In this document: positions 8,311 through 18,278 of the stretch, one piece after another | Numbering within the stretch: position 1 is the stretch's first letter | Layout of the letters: each line of letters begins with the position of its first letter | Assembly: GCA_026394935.1 (NCBI GenBank) | Contig: JAPLZR010000081.1 | Location: 4,178-39,606 of the forward strand | Source of the DNA: Candidatus Woesearchaeota archaeon | GTDB taxonomy: Archaea > Nanobdellota > Nanobdellia > Woesearchaeales > ARS49 | Length of the DNA stretch: 35,429 bases | Direction: 5' to 3' | Program-made: the position numbers and the translations under genes | The notes under the pieces: model-generated | Databases searched by the model: none | What the model was told of the DNA's origin: nothing | Seen by the model: only the letters and a program-made list of their open reading frames with translations

Positions 8311-11300
8311 AAAAGTTACTATTAGCGATTTTGGTATTATTGGCGATTCCAATCGTCAGTGCTTATGTTGATGTTACTTACATTGCTGACCAGGCTAACG
8401 TTAATGCTACGGCTTACAATTGCCTTGATGCAACTTGTGACAGTGTTGGTCCTTTCTCAGGTCAGATTATAAAAGGTCCTTATGCTGCTGATGGCAGGAT
8501 TGTTGTTCGTTATCCTGATGTCAGGAACACTTTTGATTATGCTGTATTTTTTGTAAGCAAGGGATACAGGCCTTATGTAGTTAAAGCCAGTTGGAATACT
8601 GCTGGAGTTCCAGGCGCTGGTGCTCCTGTTTCATCTAATGTTTACTTTACCAAGTACCCGGTTGTTTGCCGTGCTACTGTAAGCGAGCTGAATTTTGTTA
8701 ATGAATTGCAGCCGAACATTCCTTTGGTTGTTAATACTAATGCAAAGCTTGACGCAAGTACTGCAAGCGCTTTCCAGTTTGTTGCTAACAAGGTTGGATT
8801 TATTCCTCCTCAGTTCATGCAGGAATTTTATGGTGCTGATACTATTGTCAAGATTGAAGTTTTGAAGAACAATGTTGTTGTTCACAATCAACAGAGGGAA
8901 TTCAGTGCTGTTAAAGGCAATTCTTTGATTGCTGAAAGCTCTGTTCCTGTAAGCTTTACTTATCTTCCTGCTGAAACAGGAAACTTTTTGGTTCGTGTTA
9001 CTGCACAAATCGTGGATGACCAGTGCGACCGTTATGAAGATTCTAATGCTCAGGGCGCGTTTACTGTTTTGCAGTCTGCTCCTCAGAGCCAGTTCTATAC
9101 TATACTTAACCAGCTGACTGTTAATGATACTTATCCAAGGATTGGTCAGACTGTTTTGGTTTCTTATAACAAGATTACAAACCACGCAGATGGTGTTACA
9201 GGTCCGTATACGCCTGTTCAGACAGATATTGAATACGTTGTCAAGAACGGTGCAACAACTGTTTTCAGCAAAACTGAGACCTTGTTCGCAAACCCGGACT
9301 CTATAGCGCCTGTTACATACTCGTTTGTTTTTACTCCAACAACTGCAGGTGTTTATACTGTTACAGTTAAAGGCAAGGCAAATTCTGCTTTGACTACAAC
9401 TAATGCAGAGATTACTGATGAAGAGAGTTTGCAGTTGAATGTTTTGGGAGATCTTTCCTATAATGTCTATTTTAATGTAAGAAGTTCTGCAGACGGCAAT
9501 GGTATTGGTGCTGCTTCTGTGGCTTTGGGCAGTTTTGAAGCTAAGGCAACAGATGCTCAGGGTCAGGTTGTTTTTGACTCAATTCCTGAGGGAACTTACA
9601 CTTATACTATTAGCGCATCTAACTTTGGTTCAAAGAGGGGCTCTGTTGATGTGACTTCAGACAAAACTATTGCTGTAGTCTTGCATCCTGGTGCTAATGA
9701 ATCAGAAGCTAACATGCCTCCTTGGATGAATTTGCCTGACAGCATTCAGTTCCAGGCAGGTACTTCAAGTTCGTTTAATTATCATACTTATGTTCGTGAT
9801 GAGCAGGATTCTGACAGCGACCTTGTTTTGAGTGTTACTGGCGGAAATTCAACTGTTGAAGTTGTAATTGACCAGCTTTCTGGCTTGGTTACATTCAGCG
9901 CTCCTGCTTCATTTACTGGTCAGGAAACCATATCCTTCATGTTGAAGGATACTCAGGGTGCTACTGCTAGAGATCGTGTTGTTGTTAACGTTCAGTCTTA
10001 TGCTGAAGCTCCTAATAGTTTGGCTTTGGATGAAGCAACAGTTACTATTAATGAAGATTCTACTGCTGTGAGATATTTGAACTTGAGAGACTACGTCTCT
10101 GACGCAGATACTCCTGTTGAGAATCTTGTTTTCAATGTTATTTCAGTCACTCCAAGCTCTCTTGCAACTGCTCGTGTTGAGGACAAGTATTTGTCTGTTT
10201 ACCCGAAGCAGGACCAGAATGGCAATGGCGTGATTAACGTCAGTGTTACAGATGGCAGTGTTATTGCTTATTCAAGCATTGATTTGAGTGTTACTCCTGT
10301 TAACGATGCTCCTGTTGTTATTTCAACTCCAAGCATACACATTAATGAGAGTACTACTTTTGTTTTGAACTTGTCAACTGTCTTTAAGGATGTTGATGAT
10401 GTTTCATTGACTTACACTGTTACTCCGACGTTGAATGTTGGCTTTATGATTGACAATGCAGCTCCAAGTTTGACCATTATGCCTGAATTTAATATTAATG
10501 GTACAAGAACTTTCAATGTTACTGCTACTGACCCTGGAAGGCTTTCAGCAAAGGTTACTGCGCAATTATTCCTTGGCTTTGTTGATGATGCGCCGTTCTT
10601 TAATTCAGTGATTCCAAATATTAATACTTACGAGGAAGTGCCTAACAGCATTGACTTGACTCCTTTCGAGAATGATCCTGAGGAAGGTCCTGGTGCTAAT
10701 GGCAACACTTTGAATTGGAAGATGCAGTTTGCAAACCAGAGCAATATGACTCCGGTTAATGTTTTGAGCAATGCTTTGTTCACTGCAACTCTTAACTCAA
10801 CCACAGATTACTTGCTTGTAGTTCCTAAAGCAAATGCAACTGGTAGTGATAATATTACTTTGTACTTGTTTGACGGCACTGGCAGGAATGCGTCGCAGAA
10901 CATCAGTATTACAATATTGAACGTTAACGATGCTCCTGTATTTGTTAACTTGTCTGACAAGACTGGCGAAGCAGGTATTGTGTTCACCTATCAGGTTAAT
11001 GCGACTGATGTTGATCCGACAAATGATACTTTGACTTTCAGCCTTGTTAATGTGACTCCTGCTCTTTCAGGATTTGCGATTAACAGCTCTGGAATGATTA
11101 ATTTCACTCCGTCAGCTAATGGCTTGTTCAATGTTACTTTGTCTGTCTGCGATAACTTCAATGCGTGCACTAACGGAACTTTCAAGTTGAACTTGAGCGA
11201 TATTTCAGCTCCTGTTGCTGCTAATGAAGTCACTCCTGCAAACCCGAGCATTTACGTTTTCAATGCGAGCTATACTTGGGGTATTAACTGGACTGACAAC

Positions 11301-14045
11301 GTGAATGTTTCAAATGTCACTTTCCAGCTTAGTGGAACTAATTATACTAACGTGACTCAGAACAGTACGTTCTACAATATTACATTGCAGAATCTTGCTG
11401 CTGGCAATTATACTTACAGATGGTTTGCTCGTGATTCAGCTAATAACCTGAACAGCACAAACTCATCTAACTTTACTATTTTGCCTGCTAACAGCTCATT
11501 GAATTTGACTTTGAACGGTACTGCTGGCAACATTTCAGTTGCTCAGAACAGTGTTGTTCCTATTGTTGCAAACTTGACAAGCAATACCGGCAATGTTTCA
11601 TTGTACAGAAATGGTGCTTTGATTGGTAGTGGTGCTTCACCTTTGAGTGTTAACCAGACTTTCAATGCTTCAGGACCGTACAATATAACTGCGACATATG
11701 CAGGAAACCAGAATTACACTGCTGCTTCAACTACATACTTTGTTAATGTTCAGGATACAACTGCGCCTTCATTTGGCTCTCAGTTGGTAAGTCCTTTGTC
11801 GCCTGCTACGTATACTTCATTGTACACGTTTGGCGTTGTTGTTACAGACAATGTTGCTGTTGGCACTGTGAAGCTTGAATTGGACAATTCAACTAATTCA
11901 ACTGCAACACAAGTTGGCAATTCAAGCACTTATCAGGTCAACTTAACATCTTTGACAGTTGGCAACCACACTTACAAATGGTTTGCGAATGATACTTCAA
12001 ATAACTTGAACAGCACTTCAAGCGCTAATTATACAGTTACTCAGGGCACTCCTGTTATTGATTTGTTAATTAACGGTGTTGCTGGAAACGTTACTGCTCA
12101 GGCTGGAAACATATCAATGCTTGCTAACGTTACCAATCCTGCAGGTGGTTTTGTAAACTTGTATGTGAACGGAACTCAGGTAACTAACGGAACGTCTCCG
12201 TTGAATTACAGCAACTTGTTTAACGGTACTGCATCATTTACTATTCCGATTACTGCAATCTTCCCAGGCAACACTAACGTGTCTGCTGGTCAGATTACAA
12301 GGTATTTGACTGTTGTGCCTACTATAGCGATAACAAACATTAGTCCTGCGAGTGGCGCTTCATTTAATTACAGTAATTTCCAGATGAACGTTACTACATC
12401 TGCAGTTACAACCTGCAGTTGGGACTTTAATGACGTTGCTCAGGGTAATATGGGTCATAATTTCACGACTTCAGATGGTTTGAATCATGTTGCAAACATT
12501 ACTGGTTTGACTCTTGGTTCAAAAAATGTTTCTGTTGCGTGCAACAGCCAGAACTCTGCTCAGAATACTGATTTGACGTACAGTGTGCAGAACATATTGG
12601 ACGGAAGCACTTTGGTTGGCACTAACACGATTAACAGCACTATTATGAAGTCTAGCACGATTAATGCCAGCACTCTTTTGAGTGATGTTGGTTTTAGCAA
12701 CACGTTGACAAACGTTACTGCTTCAAACTCAACTATTGACAATTCAGTGTTGACCAACTGTGTCATCAGCAATGCGACTGTTTTGACTATTAATGCTTCA
12801 AACTGCAATTTGGCTAATGGTTTCTATGATCCGAGTGATTTGACTGGAAGCAATATTCAGTCAAGCAATGTAAGGAACAGCAATGTTACTTACAGCACTG
12901 TTTCAAACAGTTCGATAACTGGCAGTAATATTTTCAATTCAACAATATCTGGAAGCACAATTGTAAACAGTACTTTCAGCAACGCTAACGTTACAAACGC
13001 AAACATCACAAACAACGTGATTTACAGTGGTACGATAACTGTTGGCAGTTATCCTCCTTACAATGCATCTCAAAATGGTACTGCGAACTTGTCTCAGATA
13101 GTTCCTGTTGCTCCTGTTGCAAGCTTTACAATAAGCAGCACCAGAACTCCTGGAAGTACTTTGACGTTCACAAGTACAAGCACTGATGCTAATATTCCTG
13201 GTCCTTTGAATGATTCTTTGTTATACAATTGGACTTTCAGTGATAATAGCACTAATACATCTGCAAATGTTTCAAAGACTTATGCAAATATTGGTAGTTA
13301 CAATATAACTTTGACAGTGACTGACAGCTTTAGTCTTTCAAGCAATACTTCACAGACATTTAATATTGCAACAACGCCAACAACGCCTGATGTACAACCA
13401 TCTTCATCTCCAGGCCGCCATGGAGGACCCGGGGGGGGTAGTGGCGGTGTTAGTAGGATAGCTCTTACTGACGCGCCATTGGCTAAAGTCGTGTTCATCG
13501 GTCAGCCTTTGCAGTTTAGCAAGGACACGAAGCCTCTTCAGTTGCCTATGCTTATGCGCAGGGCAGATATGACTGCTGGTACAACTGAGTGGGTTTTGAA
13601 TGGTGTTTTCTACACTATCAAGAAAGGAGAGCACAAGCTCTTTGATTTGAGCAAGGATGGTGTTGCTGATCTTGATTTGGCGATTACTGATGTCAGCAGG
13701 ACTACTGCTAATATTGTGGTTAAGAATGCAGGTGCTCCTGAGGCTGTTGTTGCGCCTTTGTTGCCTTTGTTTAACTTTACTGCAACGCCTAAGGTTACGC
13801 CTAAGGTTGAGCCTGTTGTTCCTGTAGTTCCTATTGTTGAAGAGCCTAAGGCTGACGAGAAGATTGTTCCTGTTCAGGCTGAAGTTAAGGATGGCTTGTT
13901 TACAAGGTTGGGCAGGGCTTTGAAGGACTTGTTCACGTTTGAACTGTCTGCGAAGTCAACTGCAGTGAAGGTCGGCATCGTCGTAGGCGTTGTTGTGATA
14001 GGCCTTTCATCTTATCTCATCTTTGTTAGATGGGAAAGTTTTTAA
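8307..14045 (+). CDS. Large surface glycoprotein/adhesin: signal peptide, cadherin/tandem-95-like Ig repeats, Asn/Ser/Thr beta-helix-like region, PKD-like domain, Gly linker, C-terminal TM anchor
   Basis: MKKLLLAILVLLAIPIVSA signal; VNDAP/VDDAP motifs; duplicated unit (YTYRWFARDSANNLNST / HTYKWFANDTSNNLNST); PVASFT...YNWTFSD...GSYNITLTVTD; many NxS/T sequons; C-terminal VGIVVGVVVIGLSSYLIF. Confidence 0.85.
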   Translation: MKKLLLAILVLLAIPIVSAYVDVTYIADQANVNATAYNCLDATCDSVGPFSGQIIKGPYAADGRIVVRYPDVRNTFDYAVFFVSKGYRPYVVKASWNTAGVPGAGAPVSSNVYFTKYPVVCRATVSELNFVNELQPNIPLVVNTNAKLDASTASAFQFVANKVGFIPPQFMQEFYGADTIVKIEVLKNNVVVHNQQREFSAVKGNSLIAESSVPVSFTYLPAETGNFLVRVTAQIVDDQCDRYEDSNAQGAFTVLQSAPQSQFYTILNQLTVNDTYPRIGQTVLVSYNKITNHADGVTGPYTPVQTDIEYVVKNGATTVFSKTETLFANPDSIAPVTYSFVFTPTTAGVYTVTVKGKANSALTTTNAEITDEESLQLNVLGDLSYNVYFNVRSSADGNGIGAASVALGSFEAKATDAQGQVVFDSIPEGTYTYTISASNFGSKRGSVDVTSDKTIAVVLHPGANESEANMPPWMNLPDSIQFQAGTSSSFNYHTYVRDEQDSDSDLVLSVTGGNSTVEVVIDQLSGLVTFSAPASFTGQETISFMLKDTQGATARDRVVVNVQSYAEAPNSLALDEATVTINEDSTAVRYLNLRDYVSDADTPVENLVFNVISVTPSSLATARVEDKYLSVYPKQDQNGNGVINVSVTDGSVIAYSSIDLSVTPVNDAPVVISTPSIHINESTTFVLNLSTVFKDVDDVSLTYTVTPTLNVGFMIDNAAPSLTIMPEFNINGTRTFNVTATDPGRLSAKVTAQLFLGFVDDAPFFNSVIPNINTYEEVPNSIDLTPFENDPEEGPGANGNTLNWKMQFANQSNMTPVNVLSNALFTATLNSTTDYLLVVPKANATGSDNITLYLFDGTGRNASQNISITILNVNDAPVFVNLSDKTGEAGIVFTYQVNATDVDPTNDTLTFSLVNVTPALSGFAINSSGMINFTPSANGLFNVTLSVCDNFNACTNGTFKLNLSDISAPVAANEVTPANPSIYVFNASYTWGINWTDNVNVSNVTFQLSGTNYTNVTQNSTFYNITLQNLAAGNYTYRWFARDSANNLNSTNSSNFTILPANSSLNLTLNGTAGNISVAQNSVVPIVANLTSNTGNVSLYRNGALIGSGASPLSVNQTFNASGPYNITATYAGNQNYTAASTTYFVNVQDTTAPSFGSQLVSPLSPATYTSLYTFGVVVTDNVAVGTVKLELDNSTNSTATQVGNSSTYQVNLTSLTVGNHTYKWFANDTSNNLNSTSSANYTVTQGTPVIDLLINGVAGNVTAQAGNISMLANVTNPAGGFVNLYVNGTQVTNGTSPLNYSNLFNGTASFTIPITAIFPGNTNVSAGQITRYLTVVPTIAITNISPASGASFNYSNFQMNVTTSAVTTCSWDFNDVAQGNMGHNFTTSDGLNHVANITGLTLGSKNVSVACNSQNSAQNTDLTYSVQNILDGSTLVGTNTINSTIMKSSTINASTLLSDVGFSNTLTNVTASNSTIDNSVLTNCVISNATVLTINASNCNLANGFYDPSDLTGSNIQSSNVRNSNVTYSTVSNSSITGSNIFNSTISGSTIVNSTFSNANVTNANITNNVIYSGTITVGSYPPYNASQNGTANLSQIVPVAPVASFTISSTRTPGSTLTFTSTSTDANIPGPLNDSLLYNWTFSDNSTNTSANVSKTYANIGSYNITLTVTDSFSLSSNTSQTFNIATTPTTPDVQPSSSPGRHGGPGGGSGGVSRIALTDAPLAKVVFIGQPLQFSKDTKPLQLPMLMRRADMTAGTTEWVLNGVFYTIKKGEHKLFDLSKDGVADLDLAITDVSRTTANIVVKNAGAPEAVVAPLLPLFNFTATPKVTPKVEPVVPVVPIVEEPKADEKIVPVQAEVKDGLFTRLGRALKDLFTFELSAKSTAVKVGIVVGVVVIGLSSYLIFVRWESF

Positions 14046-14107
14046 TTTTTTGTAATTTCTTGACGTTCTTATTTTTTAAGAAAATTTAATATATTTCAAG
14101 GTATTTA

Positions 14108-14461
14108 ATGACTATGATGACGCCAGAAGCACCAGCACAGAAAGTGTATGAGATTGGGGTTCCTCAGTTATATGCTGGGGAGAGAGAATACGCCTCAATC
14201 GCGACGGTTGTAGACAGAGCCATATCTGAAGGTGCAAGAATTCGCATAGACCTTTCTAAGGCAAGAACCGGTGTGCAAACTGAGTTTTTTGGTGCTCTTT
14301 GGAGTGCTTGTGTTAGGCATTATCCTGTTGAATTTGAAGCCGAACGCGCTGCTAAAGAACAAATTACTCTGATTTTTGAATCAACAACCTCGAAGGCATA
14401 TAGGAAATATCAGCAAAACTTTGATGGTCTTTTTGGTGTTGAAGTGTCTAGTACAGATTAA
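14108..14461 (+). CDS. Hypothetical protein, possibly STAS-like (DUF4325-like)
   Basis: IRIDLS...TEFFGAL resembles the STAS-like core; weak similarity. Confidence 0.4.
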   Translation: MTMMTPEAPAQKVYEIGVPQLYAGEREYASIATVVDRAISEGARIRIDLSKARTGVQTEFFGALWSACVRHYPVEFEAERAAKEQITLIFESTTSKAYRKYQQNFDGLFGVEVSSTD

Positions 14462-14503
14462 AATGAAGTGCTTGAAGAAAAACAAGCTCGGGTTCTTTGA
14501 GAA

Positions 14504-15016
14504 TTAAGTTTTTGTGTGTTGTTTGGCTGGGCTTATTTCTTTTATGGTTATCGTGTATGGTTCGTAGTCCCAGATGTATTCTGGATTTTTTTTGATGAAT
14601 TCTGTCATGTTCATTTTCGTTAATTCTTTTTCTTGTTCGCTTAGGTATTTGTTGTATTCTTCCTGCGTCATTTTGTCTGTTTTTGGGCAGGCGTCTTTGT
14701 CCCAGCACGCTAGTAGTGTTTTGTCTTTGTTTTTGTTGTTCATGAAGAGGAATGGCCATATTTTGCAGTCAATTGGTCTTATTTCGTAGATTTCGCACAG
14801 GTGTGTTTCTTCGTTTAGGTATGGGCAGGCTAGTATTTTGGGGTGTTTTGTTTTTATCAGTTTTATTTGAAAGATGTTTCTTGAATTTTTAAATGGAAAG
14901 AACGTGTTGTTTTCGTCTTTTATTTTTGTTAGTTCTTCTTGAGTGAATATTGGCGCGTAATACGCGTCTTTTTCTTCAAATTTGCAGCAGTCTTTGCAGG
15001 CTTGGCATTGATTCAT
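14504..15016 (-). CDS. YkgJ/UPF0153-family cysteine-cluster (Zn/Fe-S) protein
   Basis: CQACKDCC, CPYL, CEIYEIRPIDCKIWPF, ACP. Confidence 0.85.
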   Translation of the reverse strand: MNQCQACKDCCKFEEKDAYYAPIFTQEELTKIKDENNTFFPFKNSRNIFQIKLIKTKHPKILACPYLNEETHLCEIYEIRPIDCKIWPFLFMNNKNKDKTLLACWDKDACPKTDKMTQEEYNKYLSEQEKELTKMNMTEFIKKNPEYIWDYEPYTITIKEISPAKQHTKT

Positions 15017-15072
15017 GCGTGCTGGGTGTGCTGGTTGGTATAAAAAGGTGGTTGTGTTGTTTTAGAATGAAT

Positions 15073-15276
15073 TTAATTTATCAGTTTTTTGTGTGCATTC
15101 ACAAATGCTTTGATGCTTCTGTCATATGTTTGTTCTGCTTCTGGCGGGAATAGGCACCCAGGTAATTCTCCTCTTTCGCGGTGTTCTCTTATGCATTTGC
15201 AGCACATTCCTCTGTTTGGGCATCCTGGGTATGTGCACGTGCAGTCTTTAAGGTTTATTTCTTTTTGGCATTCCAT
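15073..15276 (-). CDS. Small Cys-rich protein (DUF6485-like)
   Basis: CTCTYPGCPNRGMCCKCI..H...ELPGCLFP..E.TYDRS pattern. Confidence 0.75.
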   Translation of the reverse strand: MECQKEINLKDCTCTYPGCPNRGMCCKCIREHRERGELPGCLFPPEAEQTYDRSIKAFVNAHKKLIN

Positions 15277-15282
15277 TTTGCA

Positions 15283-16833
15283 CTAAACAATAACTCCGTT
15301 TTCGTAAGTGTTTCTTTTGAATTTTGGCTGGCGCATTAGCGCTGGTATTCTTCTTTCAAGTGATATTCTTGCTGATTCGTACATTCCGAGGCAGTTTACC
15401 AGGATTCTTTGTGGGATGTAAAAGCTTGGTTTGCCTATTGCTGATATGATGTCTCCTCTGAGCTGTCTTATTTTGTCTTTGACTTCTGGGTTTGGGTGTC
15501 TGTTGATTGCCAAATCGATTAGTGGGAGTGCGCGTCTTAGCGTGTTTGAGTTTTGTTCAACTCTTTGCCTGATTCTTGGAACTCCGGAATTCTTGAAAGT
15601 TTTGTATCCTTTGAAGGAAATGGCTAGTGCTCTGATGATTGATGGTCCGAGTTCGAAGTAGTCTCTTTTTTGCGCTTGGAGCTGTAGTGCTTCCATTTGT
15701 TCTTTTGTAATTGTTGGGTGTTCAAAGACTAAGTGGTTTCCTTCGTAATTCTTGTATCTTTTGTCAGTGATGTGAACTTTTTCGTGGAAGGGCGTGCCTG
15801 GGAATGGGGTTTTGATGTTCATTTGCATGGTGTAAGGTGCTAATTCTATCATCCTGTCTATTGTTGTTTTGCAGTCTTGAAGCGTCTGTTTTGGGTCTCC
15901 TATGAAGCTTGAGGCAATCAATAGTATGCCGTGTGCGTGCATGGTTTCCACAAAATCTTTGATTTCATCATAGTTATTTTTTGAGTACATTGATGAGAAG
16001 TCTTCAAACCCTGCCCAGATGTGGTAGCCTAAGTCGAAGAGTTCTTCTGGTTTGTATTGTCTGACGCTTTTTGTTGTGCCGAAGCAGGTGATGTTGATGA
16101 GTTTTTTGAGTTCTTTGACGTGTTTGTGGAAGGATTCGTTTCTGACTTTGTCTTCGAGATGGTCTTCGTTGAACATGGTTATTTCGCTTAGTCCTGCTTC
16201 AACATATTTGGAAACTAGCGAGTTGACTTCTTCTCCGTTCAATAGTGCGGTTTTTTTTCCGTTGTGGTAGTGGGAGGTTGCGCAGAAATCGCATTTGTTT
16301 CCGCATCCTACGTTTGCCAGGATTACTCCTGAGCCTGTGCCGAGGGGTATGTTTAGCACTCCGTATTTGAGTATCATTAAGGGGTGCGTTATTTCTCTTT
16401 GTTCTTCTCCTAAGAATTCTCTGAACCTTGAGACTCCTTCTCCTAGAAAGAGTTCGTCTGCAGAGCCTTTTTCTGGTGCGTATCCTCCGTAGATGACTTT
16501 TACTTCTGGAAAGAGTTCTTTGATTTTTCTGGTCATATTCTCTGCTCTTTCGAATGTTGGCGCGGTTACCTGCATTGCAACATACAACGGCTTTTCGCAC
16601 CTGATTTCTGCAAGAAGTTGTTTCATGGTTGGCCAGTGCAGTACTACTGATGAGGCTCGTATGTTGCTGGCTATCAGGTCAAGGGGATAATGGTCTAATT
16701 GTGCTCTTGCTCCGAAGACGTCTTGTTCGTATTCGAGATGTGAGTAGATGTGTTCAGAACTTGAGCATTTTGCTAGATCTTCACAGTCTATTCCTACTGG
16801 AGTTGTTATGCTTGTGAAGATGATGTCTGCCAT
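15283..16833 (-). CDS. Cobalamin-binding-domain radical SAM protein
   Basis: CGNKCDFC motif; N-terminal B12-binding-like KVIYGG; TPFPGTP; C-terminal extension. Confidence 0.85.
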   Translation of the reverse strand: MADIIFTSITTPVGIDCEDLAKCSSSEHIYSHLEYEQDVFGARAQLDHYPLDLIASNIRASSVVLHWPTMKQLLAEIRCEKPLYVAMQVTAPTFERAENMTRKIKELFPEVKVIYGGYAPEKGSADELFLGEGVSRFREFLGEEQREITHPLMILKYGVLNIPLGTGSGVILANVGCGNKCDFCATSHYHNGKKTALLNGEEVNSLVSKYVEAGLSEITMFNEDHLEDKVRNESFHKHVKELKKLINITCFGTTKSVRQYKPEELFDLGYHIWAGFEDFSSMYSKNNYDEIKDFVETMHAHGILLIASSFIGDPKQTLQDCKTTIDRMIELAPYTMQMNIKTPFPGTPFHEKVHITDKRYKNYEGNHLVFEHPTITKEQMEALQLQAQKRDYFELGPSIIRALAISFKGYKTFKNSGVPRIRQRVEQNSNTLRRALPLIDLAINRHPNPEVKDKIRQLRGDIISAIGKPSFYIPQRILVNCLGMYESARISLERRIPALMRQPKFKRNTYENGVIV

Positions 16834-16876
16834 ATTTTCGCTGTTTCAAATAATTATTTATAAATGTTCTGAGAGT

Positions 16877-17278
16877 TTACAGTTGCAGCATTCTGTCTAA
16901 TTCTTCTGCTGCTTTTTTCATTTCTTGTATTGCTCTGTCTGTGTCTCTTTGCAAGTCGTCTACAAGTAATGTCAGCCGGTCTCCTCGCATTATGTATTTG
17001 TTGCCTTCGTGTGTTATTATTCCTTTTTCCATCAGCGTGTTGAGGTGGTGCACTACTGTTGCTCTTGTCAGTCCTAGTCTGTCTGCAAGTTGGTCGCTTG
17101 TTAGCCCGCCTGTTGCTTTTATTGCTTTGATTAATTCAATAAATATTCGGAAGCAGGACTTATCGCGGTCCCGCTCTCCAAACAGTCCTAGGGATGTGCC
17201 GAACCATTGGAGTTCTTCGTTTACTGAAACCTGTCTGGGTCTTCTGACGTTTACAATGGTTATTCTTCTTACAAACAT
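16877..17278 (-). CDS. ArsR-like winged-helix transcriptional regulator
   Basis: LTSDQLADRLGLTRATVVHHLNTLMEKGII HTH; C-terminal coiled coil. Confidence 0.85.
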   Translation of the reverse strand: MFVRRITIVNVRRPRQVSVNEELQWFGTSLGLFGERDRDKSCFRIFIELIKAIKATGGLTSDQLADRLGLTRATVVHHLNTLMEKGIITHEGNKYIMRGDRLTLLVDDLQRDTDRAIQEMKKAAEELDRMLQL

Positions 17279-17279
17279 C

Positions 17280-17633
17280 TTATCCCATGTAAGTTGGCAC
17301 TTCAGGCACTTGTTCTCCTGCTTTTTTCATGTATTCTTTCTGTTTTTTTTCTGCTTTTTCAAGCGATTTTGGCTTTTGTATTTTGCCGAATTCTTCTTCG
17401 TATTTTTGTATTACGCTGTTAAGCACTCCTACGAGGCTTTTTGCGTGCCATGGCTCGAGCATTATTACGTTGTGTTTTAGCTGGAAGCTTGGCTTTTTGC
17501 TTCTTGGGTCTGTTCTTGGAGTTATGCATTTGAAGTCCAGAGTCAGCTGTGTTGGCGTGAAGTTGACTGTTGCTTCGTGTGCAAAGAATGGTTCTCCGTC
17601 GTTAATGTTTATGCTTATTTGTTCTTGTGCCAT
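17280..17633 (-). CDS. DUF3467-like protein
   Basis: FFAHEATVNFTPTQLTLDF...VIMLEPWHAKSLVGVLNSVIQKYEEEFGKI. GAGGTG RBS supports ATG 17633. Confidence 0.7.
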   Translation of the reverse strand: MAQEQISININDGEPFFAHEATVNFTPTQLTLDFKCITPRTDPRSKKPSFQLKHNVIMLEPWHAKSLVGVLNSVIQKYEEEFGKIQKPKSLEKAEKKQKEYMKKAGEQVPEVPTYMG

Positions 17634-17678
17634 AAAATTCACCTCGGTTATTTTGTTTTATCATGGTAATCATAACAA

Positions 17679-17756
17679 CTATATAAACCTTACTATTTCC
17701 GAAAGCTTTATATAGGAGTTAAGTCTACCATCTACTTCGTTGACTTAAAGTCAACG
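17679..17756. promoter_or_regulatory. Divergent promoters plus a 19-bp perfect palindrome upstream of grpE
   Basis: Minus-strand AAGGTTTATATAG (about 17679-17691); plus-strand CGAAAGCTTTATATAG (17700-17715); CGTTGACTT-A-AAGTCAACG (17738-17756). Confidence 0.7.
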
Positions 17757-17765
17757 GGTGAAGAC

Positions 17766-18278
17766 ATGGGAATTATGAAAAAGGCCGACAAGGAAACTGA
17801 AGTGTTCAAGCGCGAGCTTGTTAAAAAGGATGCTCAGCTGGCTGACTATACTGATCATTTGAAGCGTTTGCAGGCTGAGTTTGAGAATTATTGCAAGCGT
17901 GTTGAAAAGGAAAGAAAGGATGTTGTAAGTTTTGCTTCAGAAAGGCTTGTTGTCAAGCTTTTGCTTGTCATTGATGATTTTGAGCGTGCGCTTCAACAGC
18001 TTAAGGATGTTCCTGAACAGACTAAGAAGGGTATTGAGATGATTTTCAAGAATTTGCATAAGATGTTGGATGAGGAGCGTGTTGTTCCTATAATTGCTGT
18101 TGGTCAGAAGTTTGATCCTTACAAGCATGAGGTTGTTTTGCAGGTTGAGAGCGACAAGCCTGAAGATGTCATAGTTGAGGAATTGCAGAAGGGTTACATG
18201 ATGAATGGCAAGGTAATTCGTTATGCGAAAGTCAAGATTTCGAAGAATCACAATTTGGAGAGTGGTAAACATGGGTAA
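17766..18278 (+). CDS. grpE: Nucleotide exchange factor GrpE
   Basis: [29 protein letters not shown]...VIRYAKV. Confidence 0.95.
   Translation: MGIMKKADKETEVFKRELVKKDAQLADYTDHLKRLQAEFENYCKRVEKERKDVVSFASERLVVKLLLVIDDFERALQQLKDVPEQTKKGIEMIFKNLHKMLDEERVVPIIAVGQKFDPYKHEVVLQVESDKPEDVIVEELQKGYMMNGKVIRYAKVKISKNHNLESGKHG

Noticed and set aside
14459..14500. Stop-codon readthrough or recoding (frame continues NEVLEEKQARVL after TAA)
   Set aside because: Only 12 codons and a TAA stop with no recoding signal; chance or a recent nonsense change is sufficient.
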